IMG/VR virus record: IMGVR_UViG_3300025073_000026
Strand: one strand, 5' to 3'
Length of the DNA stretch: 64,000 nt
From: a virus
Within the stretch, counting starts at the first letter, position 1, and each line of letters opens with the position of its first letter. The position numbers were made by a program, and so were the translations under genes. Shown here piece by piece: positions 9,050 through 18,189 of the stretch. The notes below the pieces were generated by a model. That model did not search any database, had not been told where the DNA came from, and saw only the letters and a program-made list of their open reading frames with translations.

Positions 9050-9489
9050 TCAGCCCCCTTCCAATATCCCTTGTGCAAATTCTGTACCTTCAACGCCTTG
9101 TATTTGGTAGATTCCAACCGGAAAGTAGGGAAGTCCTGATGATGCAGACAAGCCAAATTCCCTCTACGGAGACTTACGGGACGCCCACCACACACTGGGC
9201 AAAGAGACACGTTCGGGTTTCCATCTGGGAAGATGACGAGATACTGATCGCATGTCTCACAAGTAGGTCGCTTAGGCTCGGGAACGCCCGGACATCCGAC
9301 TACTTGGCTGTCTGGTTCAAAGTAGTGCGGATTGCTGTAGGCACTTTTCTGGTACGGAAGGATCCGTGCCCCGCAATCTGATAACGGAATCGGGGGCGCA
9401 GCACCGGGAGCATTGGCGTTGAAACATCCATTTGTCTCATATCGTGGGCAACTCAGGCATCCAGCATGGCATACACTCACTAGTTTCAT
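9046..9489 (-). CDS. Cys-rich hypothetical protein
   Basis: Several CxxC pairs; coupled overlaps. Confidence 0.55.
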   Translation of the reverse strand: MKLVSVCHAGCLSCPRYETNGCFNANAPGAAPPIPLSDCGARILPYQKSAYSNPHYFEPDSQVVGCPGVPEPKRPTCETCDQYLVIFPDGNPNVSLCPVCGGRPVSLRRGNLACLHHQDFPTFRLESTKYKALKVQNLHKGYWKGAE

Positions 9490-9689
9490 TGTGCATTCCC
9501 CATCTTGAAGTCTCCAGGCAACTCAAACAAGTAATCTGGGATCAAACCTCGTTTGGTCCCTTCCATTCTAGTCGCATTGCACAGAGTGTTGACGTAGTCT
9601 CGGACCCCGTACCCCATGGCAGAGAAATCCATGATCTCCATGCCTACAGCATTCAGGATGATGACCTGACTGTCAGTCAACTTGGTCAC
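9486..9689 (-). CDS. hypothetical protein
   Basis: Coupled overlap. Confidence 0.45.
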   Translation of the reverse strand: MTKLTDSQVIILNAVGMEIMDFSAMGYGVRDYVNTLCNATRMEGTKRGLIPDYLFELPGDFKMGNAQ

Positions 9690-9743
9690 ATCAAAATTTT
9701 CTGGGAGGGGGGGGCAACTTGGGCGGTTTAGTGTAATCGTAGA

Positions 9744-9938
9744 TCAGACCCCAGCCTTCTCAACGCTATCATCAATATCTTCAAAGACACCTATTTCGGG
9801 CAAATTACGTTCCTTGAGCAACCCCCCTATCACCTGTGCCTGTTCTCTCAACCAATCCTCAACTACAGGATTAGCCGTGCCCCACATCCGGACAAACCTT
9901 TGGTAGCAGTGAAGAAAGCGTGCATCAACTGGAGCCAC
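9744..9938 (-). CDS. hypothetical protein
   Basis: ORF track; co-oriented. Confidence 0.4.
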   Translation of the reverse strand: MAPVDARFLHCYQRFVRMWGTANPVVEDWLREQAQVIGGLLKERNLPEIGVFEDIDDSVEKAGV

Positions 9939-9966
9939 AGATCGGGGAGTGCTTTCCAGGCATCGA

Positions 9967-11271
9967 TCATGGCTTGGCCTCGGCTTTGCCCGGACTCAGA
10001 CTTTCAATAGCCGGAAGGTTCTTCATGACATCCTCTAGAGCATCCTTCCCCTGCAAACCATCAATCAACCCAGGTGCCGTTTCCTGCATTAGATCAAACC
10101 CAAGACCTGCCCCGAGCATAGCCCCTGCAACTGCAGCGTTGGTATCTGTATCTCCCCCACCCCGGATAACCTTAGTCAGAGTATCAGCGAAGCCTCCATA
10201 CAGATGGTAGTTCTTGAGTGCCCAAAATCCCGCCCCGGCAGTCTTGTAGGTGTACCCGATTGCATGGGGTTCATTCAGATTGAGACCCTTGATATCCAAA
10301 CTGGCATATTTGATGATCTCAGGGTCATACTCCGATCCACGAGCAAGACCAATCTCGATAGCCTTGGGGATGCTACACCCACAAATCAAGGCAGCGATAG
10401 TACACGAGACCGACACTGCCGATGCAAGGCATCGTGGGTCAGCGTGTGTGACCCTACAGCATAGATCAGCCATCCTGATAGTCCACTCAGGGTTCCACGG
10501 CTTGACGATAGCCATACCGGCTGTCCGCATGACTGCCCCATTAGGAGCCGCCTGCCTGTTTGAGCCAACCCAATAGTTCTCCGCTATGGCTATCGGGTCG
10601 ACGTTGAACATCGGGTTGGTGAGAACCTCTACCGTGAGCCTACCCGCCCCCCGTCCATCCGTGAGGAGCCAGTTGATGAACTCGCCAGCAATGCTCTGGG
10701 CGATCTCAAGGATATCAGCATCAGGGGTTGCGGACAGTACCTTTGCAAGGATCAATGCCTGTGCAGTGTCATCGGTGAACTCACCCTTCTTGAAGGTGCC
10801 TCTAGGGGAATCTCTGTAGACGGCATCTTCCTTTGGTCCTACAACCATATGGCCGAACTCGTAGGGAGCTCCAAGGGCGTCCCCTATAGCCTGACCATAG
10901 AGGGCACCTTTGCGCCTGTCCTGGATGGTCTTGTACTCAGATGTACTTATCATGGCTGTAAACTCTGTGGGGGTCATCCTGGTTGCCTCTTCTCTAGGGA
11001 TGGCTGGTTCAACGGAAATCCGATTCTCTGCCAAGTGTTTGATTGTGGCAACATCCACATGACGTGGGACACTTTCCCGACAATAGGGGCAAACCCGGAC
11101 CATTGGGTCATCATCCGGGGCAGCCAGAACGTGCCCACATTCCAAGATGTCTTGCCACATGATAGGGATTTCAAATGCTGGCGTATGGGTATGGCCAAAG
11201 AGATTGCATTGGAATCTCCCTCGGGCTACTACCTTTCGTTCGGGTCCAGTCAACACCAACCTCACTTTCAT
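9967..11271 (-). CDS. ADP-ribosylglycohydrolase (DraG/ARH family) with N-terminal extension
   Basis: GALYGQAIGDALGAPYEF, FTDDTAQAL, NGAVMRTA, THADPRC, GGDTDTNAAVAGAMLGA; start uncertain. Confidence 0.92.
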   Translation of the reverse strand: MKVRLVLTGPERKVVARGRFQCNLFGHTHTPAFEIPIMWQDILECGHVLAAPDDDPMVRVCPYCRESVPRHVDVATIKHLAENRISVEPAIPREEATRMTPTEFTAMISTSEYKTIQDRRKGALYGQAIGDALGAPYEFGHMVVGPKEDAVYRDSPRGTFKKGEFTDDTAQALILAKVLSATPDADILEIAQSIAGEFINWLLTDGRGAGRLTVEVLTNPMFNVDPIAIAENYWVGSNRQAAPNGAVMRTAGMAIVKPWNPEWTIRMADLCCRVTHADPRCLASAVSVSCTIAALICGCSIPKAIEIGLARGSEYDPEIIKYASLDIKGLNLNEPHAIGYTYKTAGAGFWALKNYHLYGGFADTLTKVIRGGGDTDTNAAVAGAMLGAGLGFDLMQETAPGLIDGLQGKDALEDVMKNLPAIESLSPGKAEAKP

Positions 11272-11272
11272 A

Positions 11273-12235
11273 CTACTCTATCACGGAATTGATTCTCACG
11301 ACTACGGGCTCTTTCAATCCTGACCATCCGGACACAGGCCGAACCTTAATCTTACTGCCTACCTTCAAGCGATCCCTGCTAATGCACTCGTTGCACACCC
11401 AAACCAATCCTTGATCTGTATGTACCTGTACAGAAGCCCTCCGGCCGCACTCTTTGACTGACAAGACATCTGCAAATGCTTTCATTCCTTTCGATGGAAT
11501 ATAGCCCGCAATTTTCTTCATGACCCGACAGGTACCTGTGAGGCCATCTTTGGAGTCCTTCTGGCCTATGGCCTGATACTCATAGATTTTCTCTACTAGT
11601 ACCTGATCCGGGGAATAGACTACATACTCTGAGTGCTGCAGAGTACCACCCCAGCTTTCCGTTTTTCCCGCTACCCCCGCTACACTTTGGAAACCTTCTG
11701 TCTGGAGCCTGTCAAGATTCCATTTCTGCGCCCTCAGACATTCCTTGATCTTTCCAAGAGCCACCTTGACTTGAAGCAGGTAGCGGTGAGAGATACCTTG
11801 CCAACCTGATTGGGCATATGCCAACGCTTTGCCTGGATCACCTAGATAGATCCCCGACCCAAACATGCAAAGGCGACTTCCGGGTTTCAGGCCCTTAACG
11901 AGTATTTGGGAGATATTCATAGCAGACGTTCCGTGGTACAAAGTCCGAAGATTCCCGATGTTTCCGGCAACTTCCCGGAAGTGGGCATATCTCTCGGGTG
12001 AATTCTGGACATCATACGCTGCTATGCAGGCAGCTCCGGCAAATTTGGGGGCATCATGCTTTGAGCCCCCTACGACATTGAGCTGTTCTCCGTCTTTCTT
12101 GAACTCAGCGAGCGGTTTGGGGCGGGGGGCGTCTGGATTGAACTTTGGCTTTCGCATACCGGGGGCGACCACTGATGGCAAGGGTTTGGGGGCAATCTTT
12201 CTACTCTGCAACTTACTCTTTCGTTTCTTTGCCAA
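11273..12235 (-). CDS. PARP-like ADP-ribosyltransferase (H-Y-E clade)
   Basis: LYHGTS, FGSGIYL, LAYA, HSEYVVY; start reassigned to TTG after GAGG because the track start overlaps tRNA-Gln. Confidence 0.85.
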   Translation of the reverse strand: MAKKRKSKLQSRKIAPKPLPSVVAPGMRKPKFNPDAPRPKPLAEFKKDGEQLNVVGGSKHDAPKFAGAACIAAYDVQNSPERYAHFREVAGNIGNLRTLYHGTSAMNISQILVKGLKPGSRLCMFGSGIYLGDPGKALAYAQSGWQGISHRYLLQVKVALGKIKECLRAQKWNLDRLQTEGFQSVAGVAGKTESWGGTLQHSEYVVYSPDQVLVEKIYEYQAIGQKDSKDGLTGTCRVMKKIAGYIPSKGMKAFADVLSVKECGRRASVQVHTDQGLVWVCNECISRDRLKVGSKIKVRPVSGWSGLKEPVVVRINSVIE

Positions 12236-12257
12236 AACACCCTCATTACGACTAATG

Positions 12258-12332
12258 CTGGGGCGGCAGGATTCGGACCTGCGAGTTGTCTGGATCAAAG
12301 CCAGATGCCGTCGTCCACTTGGCTACGCCCCA
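12258..12332 (-). tRNA. tRNA-Gln(UUG), C55 variant
   Basis: U1-A72; TCTGG-CT TTG AT-CCAGA; T-loop TCCGAAT. Confidence 0.88.
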
Positions 12333-12334
12333 AA

Positions 12335-12510
12335 ACATCAATTCTGGTCGGCTCCCTGATAGAGGCCCAGCCGGTGTCGGACGCTTATCGATCCCGAACC
12401 GGCAACAGATCGTTAGGATGCAACGATAGGGAATCGAAGGGGTGCGAACCCCCGTGAGTGCCCCTATCGTGGCTTAAGGAGCGTCCATGCCCGAAGATGG
12501 AAAGCGCACC
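12335..12510 (-). ncRNA. candidate structured ncRNA or tRNA leader
   Basis: No ORF; promoter at 12520-12547; hairpins ACGATAGGG/CCCTATCGT, GCCGGT/ACCGGC, GGCCTCT/GGGAGCC. Confidence 0.35.
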
Positions 12511-12558
12511 CACAAACCTTACTACCCTAATTTTCAAAAGTCTAACAAAGATTCAGCA

Positions 12559-12915
12559 TTACAAAGTCGGAGCACGGACCCACAGGCTGTACCGGAGTCT
12601 CATGCCAGCCGACTGTACGCATCCAGTCGGATTCGGTTTGATGCACTTTTCAGGCAGGACCACTGGTGGATCGGGGTACTCAAAAGTCCAATCTGTAGGC
12701 TGTGGGTCACTAGCAGGTGCGGTGTAAGAGACCGTGACAGATGGACCGTCAACTACTGCATTGGTACCTGCCGTGGGGGATGCAGGATCAGGGAGTGTGC
12801 TGGTGTAGACGGTCCACTTAGACTTCTTGACTGGGGGAGCAGTCCAATCACAGGTGGACGAAGTAGTCCCCGTCCATGTTGTTGCTGTCTGGTCTCCTGT
12901 GCAGGACACAACCAT
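12559..12915 (-). CDS. Thr/Pro-rich hypothetical protein (possibly surface or virion)
   Basis: GAGGT RBS; beta-rich, low-complexity composition. Confidence 0.5.
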   Translation of the reverse strand: MVVSCTGDQTATTWTGTTSSTCDWTAPPVKKSKWTVYTSTLPDPASPTAGTNAVVDGPSVTVSYTAPASDPQPTDWTFEYPDPPVVLPEKCIKPNPTGCVQSAGMRLRYSLWVRAPTL

Positions 12916-12951
12916 ATCAACAAGACCTCAGTCTATTCCAGCTTCCGCATT

Positions 12952-13200
12952 TTACACATCGGATGCCTTTCGTTGCTGTGTGTGATCTCTTGATCTAGCA
13001 TTGGCCTCGTCATAGGGCCGGTCTCCCCAAACTTCTAGGATCTCCCACCCAATTGACCATCTTCCGTCCGGATCCATCAGGCTGATAACCACTCCCTTAG
13101 CAGCGTATCTCTTTGGTATCCATGAAACTATGGCCCTATTGCCAACGCCACTTTGGCTCCGCAACTTGCACTGGCAGAAGGTATCATATACGGATGCCAT
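12952..13200 (-). CDS. hypothetical protein
   Basis: Start MASVYD; the longer track start overlaps tnpB. Confidence 0.55.
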   Translation of the reverse strand: MASVYDTFCQCKLRSQSGVGNRAIVSWIPKRYAAKGVVISLMDPDGRWSIGWEILEVWGDRPYDEANARSRDHTQQRKASDV

Positions 13201-13300
13201 ATTGTTAGACAACGATAGGCAGACATAGATAAGAAAGCCAGCACTTTGTGCTTGCTCCCTTGTGATTACTGTAGTACAGTCCATCAAGGAGGATTGGTGG

Positions 13301-14575
13301 ATGACTCGCTCATCAAAAACTTCTCTCAAATTTGCTAATCCATCCAAACAGATAGCACTCCAATCCATCATCTCTGAATACTCTAAACTAACTCAATCCA
13401 TCATCGATACCATCTGGACACAAGCAGGGCCAATCCCAGCCCTGCTCCCAGCCAATATCACCAATGAACTCAAACAGCAAACATGGCTCTCCGCTCGGAT
13501 GATCCAATGTGCCGCAAAACAAGCTTCCGCCATCGTCCGTGGGACACAGGCCAAGCAGAAAAAACGCCTCTTCCTAATCGCTAAACTCAAAACCCAAGGC
13601 AAACTCAAACAAGCCCGAAAACTCGAACGACTCTGCAATGCTGCAGTGACCTCCAAGCCAACTCTCGACGGCAGTCTGGTTCCTATGGAACTGGACCGCC
13701 GCTTCATCCGATTTGATTTCACTCCGGAGACGGTAGCATTTGATTCATGGATTACTATCACATCAGTTGGTGACAAAAAGAAGCTAGTGCTCCCGTTCAA
13801 GAAAACCAAGCACATCCAGAAACTCATTGATAAGGGCGGTATCATGGCTCCAGGAGCCCGGATCACAGCCAAGAACATAACCCTGATGTTTGAGTTCAAG
13901 GACAAGGAACCTCAGGAACCCCATCCTCAGGAAGTTCCGAAAGAGATGATTGCGGGACTTGACATCGGGGTCAAGTCTTGCATTTCTGTTTCGTATAGCG
14001 ATGGTAGTTTTCATCAAGTATCAGAGGACGCCCATGGCTGGAGTCTTGACAAGATCAGTGACAAACTCTCAAGAAAGACGAAGGACTCGGGGGCATTTCA
14101 TAGGGCGCAAACTCATCGCACTAACTTCATAAACTGGTCGATTAATCAAGTAGACTTCCACGGTATCCGGGAGCTTAGGATTGAGGGTATCAGGAATCTC
14201 AGGTTGCGTAAGAGAGTTTCAAGGAAGTTGAGTCATTTTGTGTACCGGGAGATTTTTGACAGGTTGGGGATGAAAGCCGAAGAGGCGGATGTTCTGCTTT
14301 CTGAGGTTTCACCAGCCTATACAAGTCAAAGGTGCTCCGTTTGTGGTTGGACTCGTAGATCTAATCGAAAGGGAAAGCAATTCAAGTGCGGCAAATGCGG
14401 TTTTACTGCTGATGCAGATTTGAATGCTTCCGTGAACATTAGGTTGGACCTGAAGCCGATAGGCAAGAAGGAGCGGCTGAAGCGATTGAACCGGACGGGC
14501 TTTTATTGGCCGGTCGAGTTAGATCGTTTTGGGGCAGGAGTGTATAGTCCCTGCTGTCCTGGGAGCTTGGAGTGA
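13301..14575 (+). mobile_element. tnpB: IS200/IS605-type RNA-guided endonuclease TnpB (no tnpA nearby)
   Basis: RuvC-I GLDIG, RuvC-II IEG, YTSQRCSVCG...CGKCG zinc finger, RuvC-III DADLNASVNI; AGGAGG RBS; opposite strand to its neighbours. Confidence 0.9.
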
Positions 14576-14637
14576 CGGGTGTCTATACTCCAAGTAACTA
14601 TTATTTAAGTCGAGTGCCATTCTGTTGGATGCTCCTG

Positions 14638-15132
14638 TCAATCCGAGTTCAGGTATGTCAGGACTCCGACTCTGCCTTCAAGGCCACCAAAAGTGCCTCT
14701 GATGCCAAAACGGGTATCCGTCCCCTCCGGGAGTTCTGCCCTAACTCTAACCGGAACCCAAGCTTCTGCTAGGTCTACTCCTACAGGGAAGTACTCGGCA
14801 AGTTCATCATCTGGTATTGGTTCAAACATGTCCTGCAACTGCTGGCTTCGCCCCGACAGAAACTCCTGTACCCTTGAGGCATAGTAGGCACCACAGTAAT
14901 CTATAAGGGGGTCATCTCCACTATAATGGATCCAACTAGGGGGCAAAGGGATGAGTGTTCCCCGTATTTGCGGGTAGAAGCAGGCAGTTCCTCCCGTTTG
15001 GTTTGACCATTCAATAGGAGAATTGGGATCCCACATGATGAAGTACAAGTGATCAAGGTCCAAGTAATCAAGACTCAATTGGATAGGTTTGATGGATGAT
15101 AGGGACTTCAAGGTGTCCGAGAGATCCGTCAT
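14638..15132 (-). CDS. hypothetical protein (DUF6210-like)
   Basis: WSNQTGGTAC..P...G.LIPL and YLNSD end; GGAGGT RBS before MTDLSD. Confidence 0.6.
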   Translation of the reverse strand: MTDLSDTLKSLSSIKPIQLSLDYLDLDHLYFIMWDPNSPIEWSNQTGGTACFYPQIRGTLIPLPPSWIHYSGDDPLIDYCGAYYASRVQEFLSGRSQQLQDMFEPIPDDELAEYFPVGVDLAEAWVPVRVRAELPEGTDTRFGIRGTFGGLEGRVGVLTYLNSD

Positions 15133-15145
15133 TAGTGCTACCTCC

Positions 15146-15310
15146 TCATTTGTCATCGCTGTCAATCGGAGGCTGGTCCTCATCTTCATGGATGTGTGGT
15201 ACCAATTCCGACTTCGGGATATCGGCCATGAACTCTACTACTAACCCCACGGTATCATCGTCCGGGTACTTATCCCCCCATCGCAATGTTCTCGTGCCAT
15301 GACCTGACAT
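15146..15310 (-). CDS. hypothetical protein
   Basis: MSGHGTR start; acidic small ORF. Confidence 0.45.
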   Translation of the reverse strand: MSGHGTRTLRWGDKYPDDDTVGLVVEFMADIPKSELVPHIHEDEDQPPIDSDDK

Positions 15311-15431
15311 GGACGATCTTTCCAATGTATGGAAGGCAATCAGGACGCAAGTCGTCCGTCTGTTTGGGTTGAAAACGATAGGTTGGAAGATACAGGTCAC
15401 GGTCATCCATAGTTGGCCCCCACATTTATCT

Positions 15432-15480
15432 AACCCGGTGGCTTCCTGGCCCCGCTAAGTGCATGAGAAGCCACCGGGTT
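15432..15480. repeat. 14-bp perfect inverted repeat (hairpin)
   Basis: AACCCGGTGGCTTC-N21-GAAGCCACCGGGTT in an intergenic gap. Confidence 0.8.
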
Positions 15481-15570
15481 CAAGTCTCACTATACCCTAC
15501 TAATCCGTCGATTCCGTCACATCTCAATGGCTCCCCATACAGGGAAGTTTTCAACCAATTCGTGCTATGT

Positions 15571-16095
15571 TCAATCAACCAGTTCCGTCACAAGGACAGA
15601 ACCTGGTTCCCATCCCTCTAACCGCATGCTCAAATGCAGGTTCAACTGCTCCAACACTTGTTTGATCTCTTTGATGGATTTTCGGCCAAGCCCCTTCAAC
15701 TTGATCAAGTCAATTTCACTGAGTTGGACTATCTCACCTACCCAATGGATCCGAGCAGCATGCAGCACATGCTCTGTACGGATAGACAAATCAAGGTTGC
15801 TGACTTGTAGGCTACAGGCATGCCCCATATCCGACTCTCCCTCAGTTGGGTATGGATCAGCATCAGGCTGGATAGGTTTCTCACAATACAGGCTCAACTT
15901 TTCCTTGGTTGCCTTCCTGAGCCTGTATTCCATCCGAGCAAGAATCTGCCGTACTCGCTCTCTGGAGAGGAACACCTTCTCACCGATTTCTTCCAGGCTC
16001 ATTACAGGTGCTCGACCCTGACCGTCCTGTAGGAGCGGAATACCGTATCGGAGGCACAGGATCGTGATGTCCCGTGGATTGATAGGAGTTGGCAT
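15571..16095 (-). CDS. sigma70 region-4 HTH fused to RNA polymerase alpha-CTD-like domain
   Basis: MSLEEIGEKVFLSRERVRQI (sigma4.2) plus LDLSIRTEHVL..ARI..VGEIVQLSEIDLIKLKGLGRKSIKEIKQVL (alphaCTD). Confidence 0.85.
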   Translation of the reverse strand: MPTPINPRDITILCLRYGIPLLQDGQGRAPVMSLEEIGEKVFLSRERVRQILARMEYRLRKATKEKLSLYCEKPIQPDADPYPTEGESDMGHACSLQVSNLDLSIRTEHVLHAARIHWVGEIVQLSEIDLIKLKGLGRKSIKEIKQVLEQLNLHLSMRLEGWEPGSVLVTELVD

Positions 16096-16127
16096 TGTGG
16101 TCGACCTCCAAAGATGCTACCACTCTT

Positions 16128-16155
16128 TACTACTCTACTTTCTTGGAATCTAACA
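16128..16155 (-). promoter_or_regulatory. phage promoter upstream of the sigma4-alphaCTD gene
   Basis: TGTTAG at 16155-16150 and TAGAGTAGTA at 16137-16128. Confidence 0.75.
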
Positions 16156-16717
16156 CAGGTTTAGAGTCTTCGTGATCTTCGGAGAAGATTTTCAGCCTTT
16201 TGAGCGCCCGTAGATTGATGGAACTAGCACACCACCAACAATTCCGGTCATCTCCCCCAAAGTGGAGCATGAATCCAGTCCCGTCTGGTCCTGTAGTTGC
16301 GTAAGCCTCTTTCGTCTCCGGCGTCACGCTACCTACTTCAGCCAGACAGTAGCCAAATAAGGAAGGGGCTAGTACCATATCCCCGACCTTGATACCGTTC
16401 AGGGTCTTGATCCGGTACTTTCCTGTGTTAGCTAGACGCTCGTACATAGCTATTTCTGGCTCAGTACGGGTGTCATCTACAGGTGTTTTCGTGTTTCCTG
16501 CATCTTCGTGAAGACACTTCTTAGCGCCCCCTACTCGGTACTTGGCGTTGATAGCGTCTAAGGCTTCAAATGTCAGCCCCTCTGGGGCCAACACTACCTC
16601 GGCTCCTATCTGCTCGTAGCACATCCACTTGGGGGCTTCCTTTGGTTTGTCCGGGTGACCAAAGTTCTCTATGTCCATCGTGGACGGTGTTACTACCTTT
16701 GGGGACTCTCTGTCCAT
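16130..16717 (-). CDS. hypothetical protein, paralog A
   Basis: C-terminal domain shared with the next ORF. Confidence 0.7.
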   Translation of the reverse strand: MDRESPKVVTPSTMDIENFGHPDKPKEAPKWMCYEQIGAEVVLAPEGLTFEALDAINAKYRVGGAKKCLHEDAGNTKTPVDDTRTEPEIAMYERLANTGKYRIKTLNGIKVGDMVLAPSLFGYCLAEVGSVTPETKEAYATTGPDGTGFMLHFGGDDRNCWWCASSINLRALKRLKIFSEDHEDSKPVLDSKKVE

Positions 16718-16729
16718 ACGGGTATCTCC

Positions 16730-17338
16730 TTATCGGCTGATTTCCATCTTTTTGATTCCCTTCAGATTCATACTGAGGCCGCACCACCAGCAATCCCAGT
16801 CGGGACCACCAAATTCCAGAGGGAAGGCGCAACTTGAACTCCTTGCCCATGCCTTCCTCTCTTTGGCCCTTACCTCAGTTACGTTTGCAAGGGCATACCC
16901 AAAAAGGGTAGGGACCAAAAGCAGATCGCCTATCTGGATGCCATTAATGGACGTGATCTGGTATGTCTCTTCGTTGTCGATGACCTCAGCGATAGCTTTG
17001 CTCTGCTCATCCGACAAATCCAGTTGCTTCCCATCCTTGCTAACAGACTGATCTAGGGTCTCCTGAATTACTAGTCCCTTTGGGGCAAGGAGGACCGGCC
17101 CTCCATTCCGCATATGGACAGCCCAGCCTACAGGTTTGGTATCAGGGTCAGCAGGTAGGACTGTCATCTCAGTTCTAGACGGGATCTTCCCCACAGGCTC
17201 AGGTTCACCCACTTTGAAGGTGGTCCCATCAGGCAAAGAAATCGTCCTCATTACCTTCCCAGGGGGAAACACCGTTGCCATGTCATCATCCGCTAACATG
17301 GCTGCGTCCTTTTCCAACTTGGTGGGATCATCGGTCAT
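16730..17338 (-). CDS. hypothetical protein, paralog B
   Basis: NGI..GD..L.P.LFGY.LA.V...FGG.D..CWWC..S.NL shared with 16130-16717. Confidence 0.7.
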   Translation of the reverse strand: MTDDPTKLEKDAAMLADDDMATVFPPGKVMRTISLPDGTTFKVGEPEPVGKIPSRTEMTVLPADPDTKPVGWAVHMRNGGPVLLAPKGLVIQETLDQSVSKDGKQLDLSDEQSKAIAEVIDNEETYQITSINGIQIGDLLLVPTLFGYALANVTEVRAKERKAWARSSSCAFPLEFGGPDWDCWWCGLSMNLKGIKKMEISR

Positions 17339-17366
17339 GGGGTGCTACCTCCGTTAGAAACCATAG

Positions 17367-17438
17367 AGCGGATGGCGGGATTTGAACCCGCAACACTCTG
17401 GCTGGCAGCCAGACACGCTACCATTGCGCTACATCCGC
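17367..17438 (-). tRNA. tRNA-Gly(GCC)
   Basis: TCTGG-CT GCC AG-CCAGA; U73. Confidence 0.92.
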
Positions 17439-17641
17439 AACAGAAACCACAAACCCACCACAATCGCTGGTACTCCTGTAGCCCAGATCATAAGGCTCAG
17501 AATCTTTGCATCTGGGGTTCCCTTATCAGCCCAACTCTGCAGCGAAAGGTACCGACCCTTCCACGGGTGGGTTTTGGGCAGAATGGGGATCATCATGAAA
17601 GTGATAGACCAAGCAGGTATCCAGACCAATTTCTTCCACAT
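17429..17641 (-). CDS. small membrane protein
   Basis: Two hydrophobic segments. Confidence 0.4.
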   Translation of the reverse strand: MWKKLVWIPAWSITFMMIPILPKTHPWKGRYLSLQSWADKGTPDAKILSLMIWATGVPAIVVGLWFLLRM

Positions 17642-17653
17642 TGTGTCATGCCC

Positions 17654-17860
17654 CTAATCTGAAGTCGTCCGAATCGCCACAGCATTTAGGATATCAGGTG
17701 CTATTCCGTTATTGGGGCAATAGTCCCCGGTAGCCCTTTCATACGTCCCTGTCTCTAGTCCCTCAATGTCATAAACTATTTCACCATCTGGCCGCTGCAT
17801 GACCACTTCAAAATCAGGATCGATCTCCTGAAGTTTTGCAATCAATTCCTTGACTCTCAT
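17654..17860 (-). CDS. hypothetical protein
   Basis: MRVKELIAKLQEIDPDFEVV; GGAG RBS. Confidence 0.6.
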   Translation of the reverse strand: MRVKELIAKLQEIDPDFEVVMQRPDGEIVYDIEGLETGTYERATGDYCPNNGIAPDILNAVAIRTTSD

Positions 17861-18189
17861 ATCTCCCCCTGTTTCCGCATCATTTTCAGGCACGTCTTAC
17901 AGGTTACGGGATCATCCGTGAGGTGATCCCTAGAGAGTAAGCCCCCAAACCCGAACTCCGTGCCCATCACTTTACCGCATAGTGACTTGACCCTCCAGGC
18001 TAGGACTTTCCCTTTGGGGACATCAACGGCTTCTTGGAGTCTATGGATAGCACCTCCACTCTCACTAATAGCATTCCGTCCAGACCGTTTAAGTGTCCGA
18101 CACCAACGCTCACACTGCACAGCAGTGTTCTCATCCTTGAACTCATGTCCGCAGAACTCACAGCGGTAGTAGTTGACGGGACTAACCAT
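17857..18189 (-). CDS. zinc-finger hypothetical protein
   Basis: YRCEFCGHEF...C; CKTC; GGAG RBS before MVSPV. Confidence 0.55.
   Translation of the reverse strand: MVSPVNYYRCEFCGHEFKDENTAVQCERWCRTLKRSGRNAISESGGAIHRLQEAVDVPKGKVLAWRVKSLCGKVMGTEFGFGGLLSRDHLTDDPVTCKTCLKMMRKQGEI

Noticed and set aside
11273-12298. Track start of the PARP gene at 12298
   Set aside because: It overlaps tRNA-Gln; a TTG with a GAGG RBS at 12235 is more plausible
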